Notes: generated by a model not told the origin, from the letters alone. 64,000 nucleotides of DNA from Desulfosudaceae bacterium (GCA_963674745.2 CAXXDV010000003.1:1952001-2016000), one strand, 5' to 3'. Positions 43,102-52,268 are shown, counted from the first letter of the stretch. Program-made: numbers and translations.

Positions 43102-44061
43102 TTAACCCGACTGAAGGTTCCAGGCATCCTGAAGTTTGTCCCTGTTGTCGATCAGCAGCTTCATGTAGACTTCTTCCAGGTTGATCATTTCCCTGTCCTT
43201 ATTCCGCAGCCATTCGGCCAGCCAGGCAAAACGCAGGGCAATCACAACCTCCACCAGAAATCCCCAGCTGGCTTCACTGATAACCGATGTCTGTCGCACC
43301 TCGCGGATAAAATTCAGGACAAGATCGTCCATCAACCCGGAGGGGTGTTCCATACCGACACAGCCGATCAGGTTGGCGACATCGTAGATATCTATTTTAA
43401 GCCCGCAGAACTCCCAGTCGATGACAGCCGTAACGGCATCTCCGCGCCAGATGACGTTCATGGGGTGAAAATCCCCATGACAGAAGGCTACCGGCAGCGT
43501 GTCATGAACCGCCAGAAAAGAACCGCCCAGAAAATCGAAAACCGGTTTGACCCGCTGCCCGACATCAGGATCATGCTGATTTATTTGCGGTTCCAGCTTG
43601 AGAAGATATTCTTTAAGTGAAAAAAAAGGCAAATCGCGGGCCTTGATTTTCCGGGCGTGCCGGTAAAAATTTTCCAGAAACCCCGCCAAAGAGATTCCCT
43701 TGCCGGCATCATGAATATAACGGGGCCGATCCAGGTCATCCCCCGCGACAAAAGGTGACAACTGCCACCAGGCATCGTTAGAAGGGGCCAGATAATCACC
43801 GGTCTTTGTCCTGAGATAAGGCGGCACCTGTTCCAGGCCGCCGGCATGGAGCCGTTCCAGAATATGGCCGATAAAAGCCCGACGCCGGTGCCGGCCGGCA
43901 TCGATCTGCTCCAGAACAAAGATCCCGTCTTCTTTATCCTCAACGGCGACTCTGAAACTGGATCGATCGGGACTGCCGTAAAGTTCGATATCATGACGGA
44001 TGGTTTTCAGGTGAATATCCCAGAGCCGGACAACCGTATTGATCACTTCAGACGTCATCAT
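43102..44061 (-). CDS. APH/homoserine kinase type II-like phosphotransferase
   Basis: HGDFHPMN and IDWE motifs. Confidence 0.88.
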   Translation of the reverse strand: MMTSEVINTVVRLWDIHLKTIRHDIELYGSPDRSSFRVAVEDKEDGIFVLEQIDAGRHRRRAFIGHILERLHAGGLEQVPPYLRTKTGDYLAPSNDAWWQLSPFVAGDDLDRPRYIHDAGKGISLAGFLENFYRHARKIKARDLPFFSLKEYLLKLEPQINQHDPDVGQRVKPVFDFLGGSFLAVHDTLPVAFCHGDFHPMNVIWRGDAVTAVIDWEFCGLKIDIYDVANLIGCVGMEHPSGLMDDLVLNFIREVRQTSVISEASWGFLVEVVIALRFAWLAEWLRNKDREMINLEEVYMKLLIDNRDKLQDAWNLQSG

Positions 44062-44076
44062 ACAGAATATCTAAAT

Positions 44077-44742
44077 CTATTTTTTTCTTGCGATAAGGCT
44101 GGCCCAGCCATGGTTGTGCGGCCGCCCGTGTGAAAGATCCTCCTCGACCCCTTCATAGTAGTAGAGGCGTTTCAAATCTGAAAAACAGGCGCTCAACTCA
44201 TCGGGCTTAAAATAATGGGCCATACCGAATGACGTGTCACTGACGTCTTCCCGGGCACCTGGGGTTGTGACAGCCTGACATCCCGGATCCCGGGTGGTAA
44301 AAACATTTACATAAAGCAGGCCGCCCGGCTTTAATGTCTTCTTAATACCCTGTACAACACGGTTCCTGGCAGGGGTTTCCAGGTGATCGAGAATGGTTGC
44401 CGCAACAACCAGGTCATAAGCCGCTTCTTTGAACGTATATTCCGACAGATCACACAATAATGTGCTAATCGGCAGGTGATGCTGTCCGGCAATGGATTTG
44501 AGCTTATTAATACCTGAGGCTGAAAAGTCCACGGCCGTTACCAGGCATCCCCGCCTGGCCAAATAAACGGCGTATCGACCTTCTCCTGCCCCCAGGTCAA
44601 GGGCGTGATAACCCTTCAGGATCATCCGGTCGAAAAACGAATGAAACTCCGGACGGACATCCCATCCGTAATACATGTCGGTTCCATCATAGGCCAGGTC
44701 AAAGGAATGCGCCTTGGCATTTTTTTTAACGGGTGTATCCAT
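44077..44742 (-). CDS. Class I SAM-dependent methyltransferase (TehB-like)
   Basis: ALDLGAGEGRYAVYLA and C-terminal HGRPHNH. Confidence 0.85.
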   Translation of the reverse strand: MDTPVKKNAKAHSFDLAYDGTDMYYGWDVRPEFHSFFDRMILKGYHALDLGAGEGRYAVYLARRGCLVTAVDFSASGINKLKSIAGQHHLPISTLLCDLSEYTFKEAAYDLVVAATILDHLETPARNRVVQGIKKTLKPGGLLYVNVFTTRDPGCQAVTTPGAREDVSDTSFGMAHYFKPDELSACFSDLKRLYYYEGVEEDLSHGRPHNHGWASLIARKK

Positions 44743-44940
44743 ATGAAATGATTTTATCGCCGTCTGTTACCAGTTTGCGGATACGATCTTAACCGAATAT
44801 TTCATGTTATCCAGTATAAGTCAACCGGTGGCCAGAGGTATAACCTAATCCGAATAATGCTTAACCGGCCAAATTGACACCCTTTGCAGGCTCTGTTAAA
44901 CATGATTTATACAATAACCCCAACCTGACAAGGAGGAACG

Positions 44941-45675
44941 ATGAAGTACAGAATCCTGCTGATTATCGCTGCCGTTTTAATAGCCGGAGGCGTTGCCTGT
45001 GCCGAAGATGAAAAGGCGTGGCGTGGATCAGGAGAAGTGGGATTTCTGATGACCACCGGGAACTCGGAAACCGAGTCGGTTAACACTAAAGCGGGCCTGG
45101 AATACGAAAACGCCCACCTGTTGAGCGAGATTAACCTGGCAGCCCTTTACAGTTCTGAAGAAACGGAAACCGATGGAGAAACCGAGAAGACCACTTCCGC
45201 GGAAAAATATAACGCCGACGCCAAAATCGGCTATAAGTTCCGACCGGTTGATTATGTTTTTTTCAACGCCGCCTATGAAGACGACCGGTTCAGCGGATAT
45301 GATTACCGCAGCAACTATGCCGCCGGCTACGGACGAAAGCTGGTCAACAACGATACCGTAAAGCTGAACATTGAAGTCGGCCCCGGTTACCGCTATGACA
45401 AGCTTGATAATGGCCAAACGGAAGATGAAACCGTATTCCGTGGATACCTCATGTTTCATTTTCAACTTTCCAAACAGGCCGCTTTTCAGCAGGAGATTAC
45501 GCTTCTGGCCGGTCCGGACAACACCGGCACCAAATCCATAACCGCCTTAAAATCTCAGATCGCGGGCGCACTGTCCTTGAAAGCAACATACACGGTGGAC
45601 CACAATGCTCATGTTCCGGACGACAAAGCGCACACGGACACGGAAACCGCACTGACATTGGTTTATGATTTTTGA
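44941..45675 (+). CDS. DUF481/YdiY-family outer-membrane beta-barrel protein
   Basis: Signal peptide, TTGNSET, DRFSGYD, C-terminal YDF and AGGAGG RBS. Confidence 0.88.
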   Translation: MKYRILLIIAAVLIAGGVACAEDEKAWRGSGEVGFLMTTGNSETESVNTKAGLEYENAHLLSEINLAALYSSEETETDGETEKTTSAEKYNADAKIGYKFRPVDYVFFNAAYEDDRFSGYDYRSNYAAGYGRKLVNNDTVKLNIEVGPGYRYDKLDNGQTEDETVFRGYLMFHFQLSKQAAFQQEITLLAGPDNTGTKSITALKSQIAGALSLKATYTVDHNAHVPDDKAHTDTETALTLVYDF

Positions 45676-45685
45676 TTTTTTTTGA

Positions 45686-45840
45686 GGATTCAAGGATTCA
45701 AGGGTTCAAGGGGTCCAGGGGCCAAGGTTCGGGGTTCAGGGTTCAGGGTTCAGGGTTCAGGGTTCAGGGTTCAGGGTTCAGGGTTCGGGGTTCAGGGTTC
45801 GGGGTTCGGGGTTCAGGGTTCAGGGTTCGGGGTTCGGGGG
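45686..45840 (+). repeat. Heptamer tandem repeat (GGGTTCR)15 preceded by degenerate GGRTTCAA octamers
   Basis: 15 consecutive GGGTTCA/GGGTTCG units at 45732-45836. Confidence 0.95.
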
Positions 45841-45842
45841 TT

Positions 45843-45984
45843 GTAGGGGCGACCCGCGGTCGCCCGATAAATGGGCAACCACAGGGGGGTGCCCCCTACG
45901 GGCCGAAGAAAGCGTTCATGAACAATGTAGGGGCAGGCCCCTGTGCCTGCCCGGTGAAGGGCAACCACGGGGGGTTGCCCCAAC
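45843..45984. repeat. Two inverted pairs of GTAG-type REP elements (REPIN-like doublets)
   Basis: GTAGGGGCGACCCGCGGTCGCCC...GGGCAACCACAGGGGGGTGCCCCCTAC (45843-45899) and GTAGGGGCAGGCCCCTGTGCCTGCCC...GGGCAACCACGGGGGGTTGCCCCAAC (45927-45984). Confidence 0.85.
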
Positions 45985-46090
45985 GTTAGCAACAGAGCCG
46001 TCCTGATGGACTCGTGAATTATGCGGGCAAGACACTGAAACCGAATAGAATGTCCGGACTAAAGTACGACTGAAAGAGAGGTCTTTTTTG

Positions 46091-46885
46091 ATGAAATGGT
46101 CAGATGAAGCTGAAGAGGCCCTGAAAAAAGTGCCTTTTTTTGTCAGGAGCAAGGTCAGAAAAGCCATCGAAAAACAGGCAGCCGATCAGAATAAAAGCCG
46201 GGTAACCCTGGATGACGTCATGGCCGCCAAAAAACGGTTTCTCAACAAAATGGCCGAAGATGTACGGGGTTTTCAGGCGGACACCTGTTTCGGCCCGTCC
46301 GGATGCCCGCATCGGACAGTGGCATGCGGCAACCTCATGCAGCAGGTGGAAGATCGACTGGTCAGGGCCGACCTGCTCGGCTTTCTGAAACAGACTGTTG
46401 GTGAACAATTGAAATACCACCATGAATTCCGGGTGTCCGCGGCTGAATGCCCCAATGCCTGTTCCCAGCCCCAGATCAAGGACATCGGCATCATCGGTGC
46501 GGTTGTGCCTGAAATCACCGACCAGGCCTGTACCGGTTGTGAGTCATGCCTTGATGCCTGTCCGGATAACGCCATCACCATGGATCATGACCGGAATATT
46601 CCCGTTATCAGCACCGCTGACTGCCAGAAATGCGGGAGATGTATCACCGCCTGCCCCACCGGCACCATCATGGCCGGCGAAAAGGGTTTCCGGGTGCAGC
46701 TGGGCGGACGCCTGGGCCGGCATCCCCGGCTGGGACTGGAGCTTCCGGGTATCCTGACGGAAGACCAGGTACTGGAAGTACTGGACAATGCCCTGCGGTT
46801 CTATAAAAACCGGTCGCAAAAAGGTGAACGGTTTTCCCGCCTGCTAGAGGAAGAAGACCTGGAAACAGTTTTTCCCGAACGATGA
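46091..46885 (+). CDS. Small siroheme/4Fe-4S sulfite-reductase-like (Dsr-LP/AsrC-like) protein with an N-terminal PCP_red-like domain
   Basis: W..EAE..L.KVPFFVR N-terminus, CX5C...CPNAC siroheme motif, two CxxCxxCxxxCP motifs, GGRLGRHP and GERF. Confidence 0.85.
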   Translation: MKWSDEAEEALKKVPFFVRSKVRKAIEKQAADQNKSRVTLDDVMAAKKRFLNKMAEDVRGFQADTCFGPSGCPHRTVACGNLMQQVEDRLVRADLLGFLKQTVGEQLKYHHEFRVSAAECPNACSQPQIKDIGIIGAVVPEITDQACTGCESCLDACPDNAITMDHDRNIPVISTADCQKCGRCITACPTGTIMAGEKGFRVQLGGRLGRHPRLGLELPGILTEDQVLEVLDNALRFYKNRSQKGERFSRLLEEEDLETVFPER

Positions 46886-46921
46886 TCATTCTTGTAAGCA
46901 GAATCAGGAAATCGATGCAGG

Positions 46922-47527
46922 CTACTCAGCGACCGGCTTATCTTCCTGTTTTAAGATGGTTGCCTTCTTGATGACAATGGGTTCTATCGGCACATTCTGG
47001 AACATACCCACGGTGCGGGTGGGCTTGCCGGCAATGGCGTCGACCACATCCATCCCGCTGACGACCCGGCCGAAAACACAATACCCCCACCCCGACATGC
47101 TCTTGTTGCGATGATTTAAAAAGGCGTTGTCCTTGAGATTAATAAAAAACTGGGCCGTGGCGGAATGGGGCGCAGAGGTTCGGGCCATGGCAATGGTACC
47201 CCGCTTATTGACCAGACCGTTGTCAGCCTCGTTGGTGATCGGCGACCGGGTCTGTTTCTGTTTCATATCCGGCGTAAATCCGCCCCCCTGATTCATAAAA
47301 CCGGGAATGACCCGGTGAAAAACAGTACCGTCATAAAAGCCCTCTTTTACGTATTGAATAAAATTAGCCGTCGTCAGCGGTGCCTTGGCCTGATCGAGTT
47401 CGATGGTAATTTCCCCCAGGCTGGTTTCCAGTGCAACCCTCGGATTCTGATCAGCAGCTGAAGCAAACGCAAAAAACAGAAAAAACAAAACCGTTAAAGC
47501 AAAAATAAAAGAATGTCGGTGACTCAT
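46922..47527 (-). CDS. ppiA: Periplasmic cyclophilin-type peptidyl-prolyl isomerase
   Basis: Signal peptide, [17 protein letters not shown] and QFFIN. Confidence 0.93.
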   Translation of the reverse strand: MSHRHSFIFALTVLFFLFFAFASAADQNPRVALETSLGEITIELDQAKAPLTTANFIQYVKEGFYDGTVFHRVIPGFMNQGGGFTPDMKQKQTRSPITNEADNGLVNKRGTIAMARTSAPHSATAQFFINLKDNAFLNHRNKSMSGWGYCVFGRVVSGMDVVDAIAGKPTRTVGMFQNVPIEPIVIKKATILKQEDKPVAE

Positions 47528-47607
47528 GGCGGCTCCTTGTTAAAACTTATTAAATTTTCTGGCTAACCCGATATTTCATTAAATATTCTGGCTATTTATA
47601 GGTACCG

Positions 47608-47636
47608 GATATAACATTTTCCATGGCGAATGTCAA
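47608..47636 (-). promoter_or_regulatory. Putative sigma70 promoter of the cyclophilin gene
   Basis: TTGACA-N17-TATATC with an extended TG on the minus strand. Confidence 0.45.
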
Positions 47637-47739
47637 TCGCGCGGCCCAGAAAAAGCATTGACACCTTTTGCCTGTCCTGCTTAGATAGGCACTCTAAACA
47701 CTTGGACGTTTAACAACCTGAAAACAGTTAGTATTATTA

Positions 47740-49065
47740 ATGATTTCAATTTTAAAATATGACGGCCACCAGACCATACAAAAAGCCGTCAATCTGGTGA
47801 ACGGGTTTGAGCGTTTACGCACCGGCCACCGTGTCATGATCAAACCCAATGCGGTCGGCGCCGACCCCAACATGCCGTATTTCGGCATGATGACCACGGC
47901 CACCGTGGTGGAAGGTATCGTTCTGGCACTCCTGGATTTCGGCTGCGACCCGAAAAACATTACCATTGGAGACGGGGGCGCCGCCCGGCGGGAATTGGGG
48001 TTGAGCACCCGTGTCATTCTGGCCGCCATGGGCATGGCCCATATTGCCCGCAAGTACGGGGTGAAGGTGATGGATTTCAACCAGGCACCCACGACCCGTA
48101 TCAAATGCGGCGATCTTGATCTGGATATCGCAAAACCGGCGCTGGAGACGGACTTCCTCATCAATGTGCCGGTACCCAAGTATCATGACCAGACCCTGGT
48201 CACCTTAAGCCTGAAAAATCTGAAAGGCTGCCTGGCCCCGGATTCCAAGCGTCGTTGTCACACGGCCCGGCTGGAGGATCATATTGCCGCCTTTAACACG
48301 GAAATCCCCTGTCACCTGACCGTGATGGACGGCATATATTTTCTTCGCGGCGGCGGCCCCATGATCGATTCCGGAGAGCCCTGTCGAAAAGACATGATCA
48401 TGGCCGGGACGGACCGCATTGAAATGGATTCAGCGGCAGCCAGGATACTGGGTGTTGAACCCGAAAACGTGCGTCACCTGACCGCATATGCGCGCCTCAA
48501 AGAACGGGAGAGTGACATCGGGCGGGTTGAGTGGATCGGAGACAACCCTGAACACTTTCGTGAACCGCCTTTCGGCGGCACAATGGAAGTCTTCGGCCGG
48601 AACTTTCAGCGGGCTGATATAACCGGCATTCATCTCCAGCCGCCGGGCCAGACCTGGTGTACCGGCTGCAACATCAGCCTGCGGGCAGCGCTGTACATGC
48701 TCTGTAAAGACAATCCCGGTCAGGATTTTGGCGGCGTTGAGATCCTGTGCGGTAAGCAAACCCGGGCGGATGGCCACCATGAACGAACCATTCTGTTCGG
48801 TGACTGCCCGATCAAAACCAATGCCAAAAACAAAAAAATCAGAAACCGCCTGGAAATCCCGGGTTGTCCGCCATCGTTCATCAAGTCCTATCCGGCCATG
48901 ATGCGGTTTCTCCAACCAACCCTGAAAGCCTGGTGGCAGGTCACTAAAAACCTTGCCCTGGGGGGGCTGACCCATACCGGCCTGTATCGGATGCGATTTC
49001 CTTTTTTTGACGAAATGACCCGTTCCGCGGAGTTTGATCCGCTTGATTTTTATCGTAAATCCTAA
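47740..49065 (+). CDS. DUF362 domain protein with a Cys-rich C-terminal domain
   Basis: VMIKPN, NVPVPKYH, LSLKNLKG; C-terminal CTGC, GDC and GCPP. Confidence 0.85.
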   Translation: MISILKYDGHQTIQKAVNLVNGFERLRTGHRVMIKPNAVGADPNMPYFGMMTTATVVEGIVLALLDFGCDPKNITIGDGGAARRELGLSTRVILAAMGMAHIARKYGVKVMDFNQAPTTRIKCGDLDLDIAKPALETDFLINVPVPKYHDQTLVTLSLKNLKGCLAPDSKRRCHTARLEDHIAAFNTEIPCHLTVMDGIYFLRGGGPMIDSGEPCRKDMIMAGTDRIEMDSAAARILGVEPENVRHLTAYARLKERESDIGRVEWIGDNPEHFREPPFGGTMEVFGRNFQRADITGIHLQPPGQTWCTGCNISLRAALYMLCKDNPGQDFGGVEILCGKQTRADGHHERTILFGDCPIKTNAKNKKIRNRLEIPGCPPSFIKSYPAMMRFLQPTLKAWWQVTKNLALGGLTHTGLYRMRFPFFDEMTRSAEFDPLDFYRKS

Positions 49066-49101
49066 TAAATCAACAAAAACTGAATTTCGAAAGACATATT
49101 T

Positions 49102-50064
49102 ATGAAAAAATGGCTGCATAACAACCTGCGTTGCCCGGAGTGCCTTCCGGACGAGGTGCCCCTCACACTCGACAGCGATGACCAGGATCAGGATGAGATC
49201 ATCAACGGTCAGCTGATTTGCCCTGAATGCCGGCAGACATATCCTGTTGAAAACGGCGTGGCCATTGTCCTGCCCAGGCGGACAAAACCGCTCCTGTCAA
49301 ACGGAACCGGTTACAACTCCTGGGGCATGCTGTCCTCATACCTGTGGAGTCATTACGGTGAATTTTTCAATGATCCGGAAGCCACCGACGCCTACCGGCT
49401 ATGGTCGTCGTGTTTTATCGAATCCCAGGGATATGCCCTTGATATCGGCTGTGCGGTGGGCCGTTTGTCGTTTGAGTTGAGCAAAACCCACGCCCGCGTC
49501 ATCGGGATCGACACATCGCTTTCTTTTATTACAAAAGCAAGAACCCTGCTGCAGCAAAAACGACTTGAATTCGATCTGATAAAAGAAGGCCTGATTACAG
49601 AAAAACGTGCCTGTGACCTGGATCCGAACTGGAATTATGAAGGGATCGAGTTCATTGTGGCCGATGCCCTGGCCCTGCCATTTGCCCGCAACTTCTTTGC
49701 CACCGTGGCTTCGGTCAATGTTCTGGAAAAAGTTTCCCATCCCCGGCATCACCTGATCGATGTCGATCGGGTGTTGCGGGAACAAAGGGCCATGTTCGTA
49801 TTCGCCGATCCCTTTTCATGGGATGAAAACGTGTGCCCGCCGGAAATGTGGCTGGGTGGGACGGACAACGGAAAACATCCCGGCCGGGGGATGGATAACA
49901 TGACGGAATATTATCTGGGGAAGGACGGCCTTTTTGACCCGCCTTTTGAAATTCTGGATAAAGGGAAAGTCCTCTGGAAGATCAGAAAAACCGAGAATCT
50001 TTGGGAATACATCAATTCACAATATATTGTAGGCATCAGAAATAACCGGGAGAACAACGATTGA
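49102..50064 (+). CDS. Trm112-like Zn-ribbon plus SAM methyltransferase resembling the OvoA C-terminal mercaptohistidine N-methyltransferase domain
   Basis: CPEC..CPEC..YPV.NG; Y...HYG, ALDIGCAVGRLSFEL, GIDTS..FI, EG.I, PFSW.E..P.E.WLGG and W.IR.T. Confidence 0.75.
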   Translation: MKKWLHNNLRCPECLPDEVPLTLDSDDQDQDEIINGQLICPECRQTYPVENGVAIVLPRRTKPLLSNGTGYNSWGMLSSYLWSHYGEFFNDPEATDAYRLWSSCFIESQGYALDIGCAVGRLSFELSKTHARVIGIDTSLSFITKARTLLQQKRLEFDLIKEGLITEKRACDLDPNWNYEGIEFIVADALALPFARNFFATVASVNVLEKVSHPRHHLIDVDRVLREQRAMFVFADPFSWDENVCPPEMWLGGTDNGKHPGRGMDNMTEYYLGKDGLFDPPFEILDKGKVLWKIRKTENLWEYINSQYIVGIRNNRENND

Positions 50065-52268
50065 AAACCAGACATGGCATTTGCGGTATCTGTTTCCACA
50101 GCCCTGGATGCGGTGCCATCGTTCATTTTGATGACGACGGCCGGATAGTGCGGCTGACGCCTGACCCGGAAGCGCCGGCAGGCAAAGTTCTGTGTCCTAT
50201 CGCGGACAGCGTTCAGGAAATCGTCTATTCGGACAAACGGCTCAAACAGCCGTTAAAACGGATCGGCGCCAAAGGTTCATATGACTTTGAACCCATCACC
50301 TGGGACGAAGCCTATGACATCATTGTGGACAGGTTAAACGACCTGAAAAAACGCCACGGGCCGGAGACGGTGGGATTCTACGCGGGGACAGGCTCATATG
50401 AACGGGCCTTCAAGGACGTGTTTCAATTAAAGGGGTCGGAAATATACCTGGCTTCCAGCATCCTGTTTCCGTTCGGCTCACCCAATACGTTCGGCGTTGG
50501 CGCCCCCTGTTACACCTCCCTGGGCGTCCTGGCACCCAAGCTGACCATGGGATGCCGGCACATCGACATGTTTTCAGATATCGACAATTCCGACCTTATC
50601 CTTGTCTGGGGGACGGACCCCTCCCGGTCCACGCCACCGGAAATGTTCCAGCGGATCCGGGTCGCCGCCGAAGAGGGCGCCGAGATCATTGTCATCGATC
50701 CCCGCAAAACCAAATCCGCCAACCTGCCGGGCAGCCGCTGGGTCCCCATCCGGCCGGGTTCTGACGGCGCACTGGCCCTGGGTTTGGCCCACGTGATGAT
50801 CAGGGACAATCTTTACGACAAAGCCTTTGTTGATGAATGGACCATCGGGTTTGATGCATTTGCAGAATATGTAAAGAATTTCACACCGGCGCATGTGTCA
50901 AAAATTACGGGGGTATCTGAAAACATCATAGCGGACCTGGCGGAAAACATCGCTGAAGCCGAAGGCGCCTCTTATGTCATGTATACCGGACTGGAATATA
51001 CCAAAAGCGGCGTTCAGAACATCCGGGCGGTCATGGTCCTGTGGGCATTGGCCGGTCAGCTGGACGTACCCGGAGGCCGCTGTTTTCTAGGGCAGGACAG
51101 AATGATCCCCTTGAACAGAAGCCGGCAGCTGGAAACGCCCGGGTTTGACCGGTCGATTGCCGGGGGCAAGTTTCCGGTCTATTCCCACTTCTGCGGCGGC
51201 GAGCCCCACGCCAATCTCCTGCCGCAGGCGATCGTTGAAGGCGATCCCTACAAAATCAGATCCTTGTTTGTTCTGGGCGCCTCCCTTATAACATCCTGGC
51301 CAACCCCCGAACGCTGGCGCAAAGCCCTGTCCGATCTGGAATTTTTGGTTTGCATTGATCTGCAGCTGACAGCCGACGCGGCTTATGCCGACATCGTGCT
51401 GCCCGCCGCGACCGCCTTTGAGCAGGAATCCTACTGCTATTATGGAAATGCCATCCGTTTCCGGGAAAGAATGATCGCCCCCGTGGAACAGGCCCGGCCC
51501 TGTTACGACATCCTGGCGGAACTGGCGCAACGACTGGGGTACGGCGATTTGTATCCGCAAAGCACAAAAGAACTGATGGACTATGTCCTGGGCGAATCCG
51601 GTTTTACCTTTGATGACATGATGAATGCGGACCGGTATGTGCTGCGGATGCCCGGCCGCCCCATGGAATATCAAAAATGGGAAAAGGGGTTGCTGCGAAA
51701 GGACGGTCAACCGGGATTCGACACCCCTTCGGGAAAATTCGAGATCGGTTCGACCACCCTTGAAGATTATGGATATGACGCTATTCCCCGGTATGAAGAA
51801 TCCGATGAGACACCGGCCAGCCGACCGGATCTGCTTGGCAAATATCCCTTAATCCTGGGTACCGGTCCCTTCAAGCCGGACATGAAATCCTGTTTCCGGG
51901 CCATACCGCGCTTCATAGAAAAATATCCCTGCCCGCTGATTGAGATCAACCCGGCCGACGCCGAAGAACGCGGTATCAATACCGGCGATCCCGTCAGCGT
52001 CAAAACCGTCCGTGGCGCCATTATCATGCAGGCCATGGTGACCGACACCATCATGCCCGGTTTTGTCTACGCCCAGGTGGGCGGCGGCGGGCCGCTCGGC
52101 CCGGAGGCCTGGCAACAGGCCAACGCGAATACGCTGACCGATCTGGATCAGTTTGATCCGATCTCCGGCTTTCCCGTCTATAAGACCCTGTTGTGCCAGG
52201 TCAAAAAAAAACGCCGTAAACGCAAGGGCATCGCCGTTCAAGACCCGTCCCTGGGATGCGTGGGCTGA
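50061..52268 (+). CDS. Mo/W-bisPGD (DMSO reductase superfamily) enzyme, acetylene hydratase/MES-like, cytoplasmic
   Basis: CGICFHSPGC...LCP Fe-S motif, ITWDEA, GSPNT...C ligand, ADIVLPA and INPADAEERGI; no Tat signal; TTG start overlaps the upstream TGA. Confidence 0.88.
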   Translation: MKTRHGICGICFHSPGCGAIVHFDDDGRIVRLTPDPEAPAGKVLCPIADSVQEIVYSDKRLKQPLKRIGAKGSYDFEPITWDEAYDIIVDRLNDLKKRHGPETVGFYAGTGSYERAFKDVFQLKGSEIYLASSILFPFGSPNTFGVGAPCYTSLGVLAPKLTMGCRHIDMFSDIDNSDLILVWGTDPSRSTPPEMFQRIRVAAEEGAEIIVIDPRKTKSANLPGSRWVPIRPGSDGALALGLAHVMIRDNLYDKAFVDEWTIGFDAFAEYVKNFTPAHVSKITGVSENIIADLAENIAEAEGASYVMYTGLEYTKSGVQNIRAVMVLWALAGQLDVPGGRCFLGQDRMIPLNRSRQLETPGFDRSIAGGKFPVYSHFCGGEPHANLLPQAIVEGDPYKIRSLFVLGASLITSWPTPERWRKALSDLEFLVCIDLQLTADAAYADIVLPAATAFEQESYCYYGNAIRFRERMIAPVEQARPCYDILAELAQRLGYGDLYPQSTKELMDYVLGESGFTFDDMMNADRYVLRMPGRPMEYQKWEKGLLRKDGQPGFDTPSGKFEIGSTTLEDYGYDAIPRYEESDETPASRPDLLGKYPLILGTGPFKPDMKSCFRAIPRFIEKYPCPLIEINPADAEERGINTGDPVSVKTVRGAIIMQAMVTDTIMPGFVYAQVGGGGPLGPEAWQQANANTLTDLDQFDPISGFPVYKTLLCQVKKKRRKRKGIAVQDPSLGCVG

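Noticed and set aside
45686..45984. CRISPR array or eukaryotic telomere contamination
   Set aside because: There are no unique spacers and no cas genes, and the tract is embedded between ordinary bacterial genes.
45672..45989. 105-aa ORF with GSGFRVQ repeats
   Set aside because: It is only the translation of the heptamer repeat and the REP elements.
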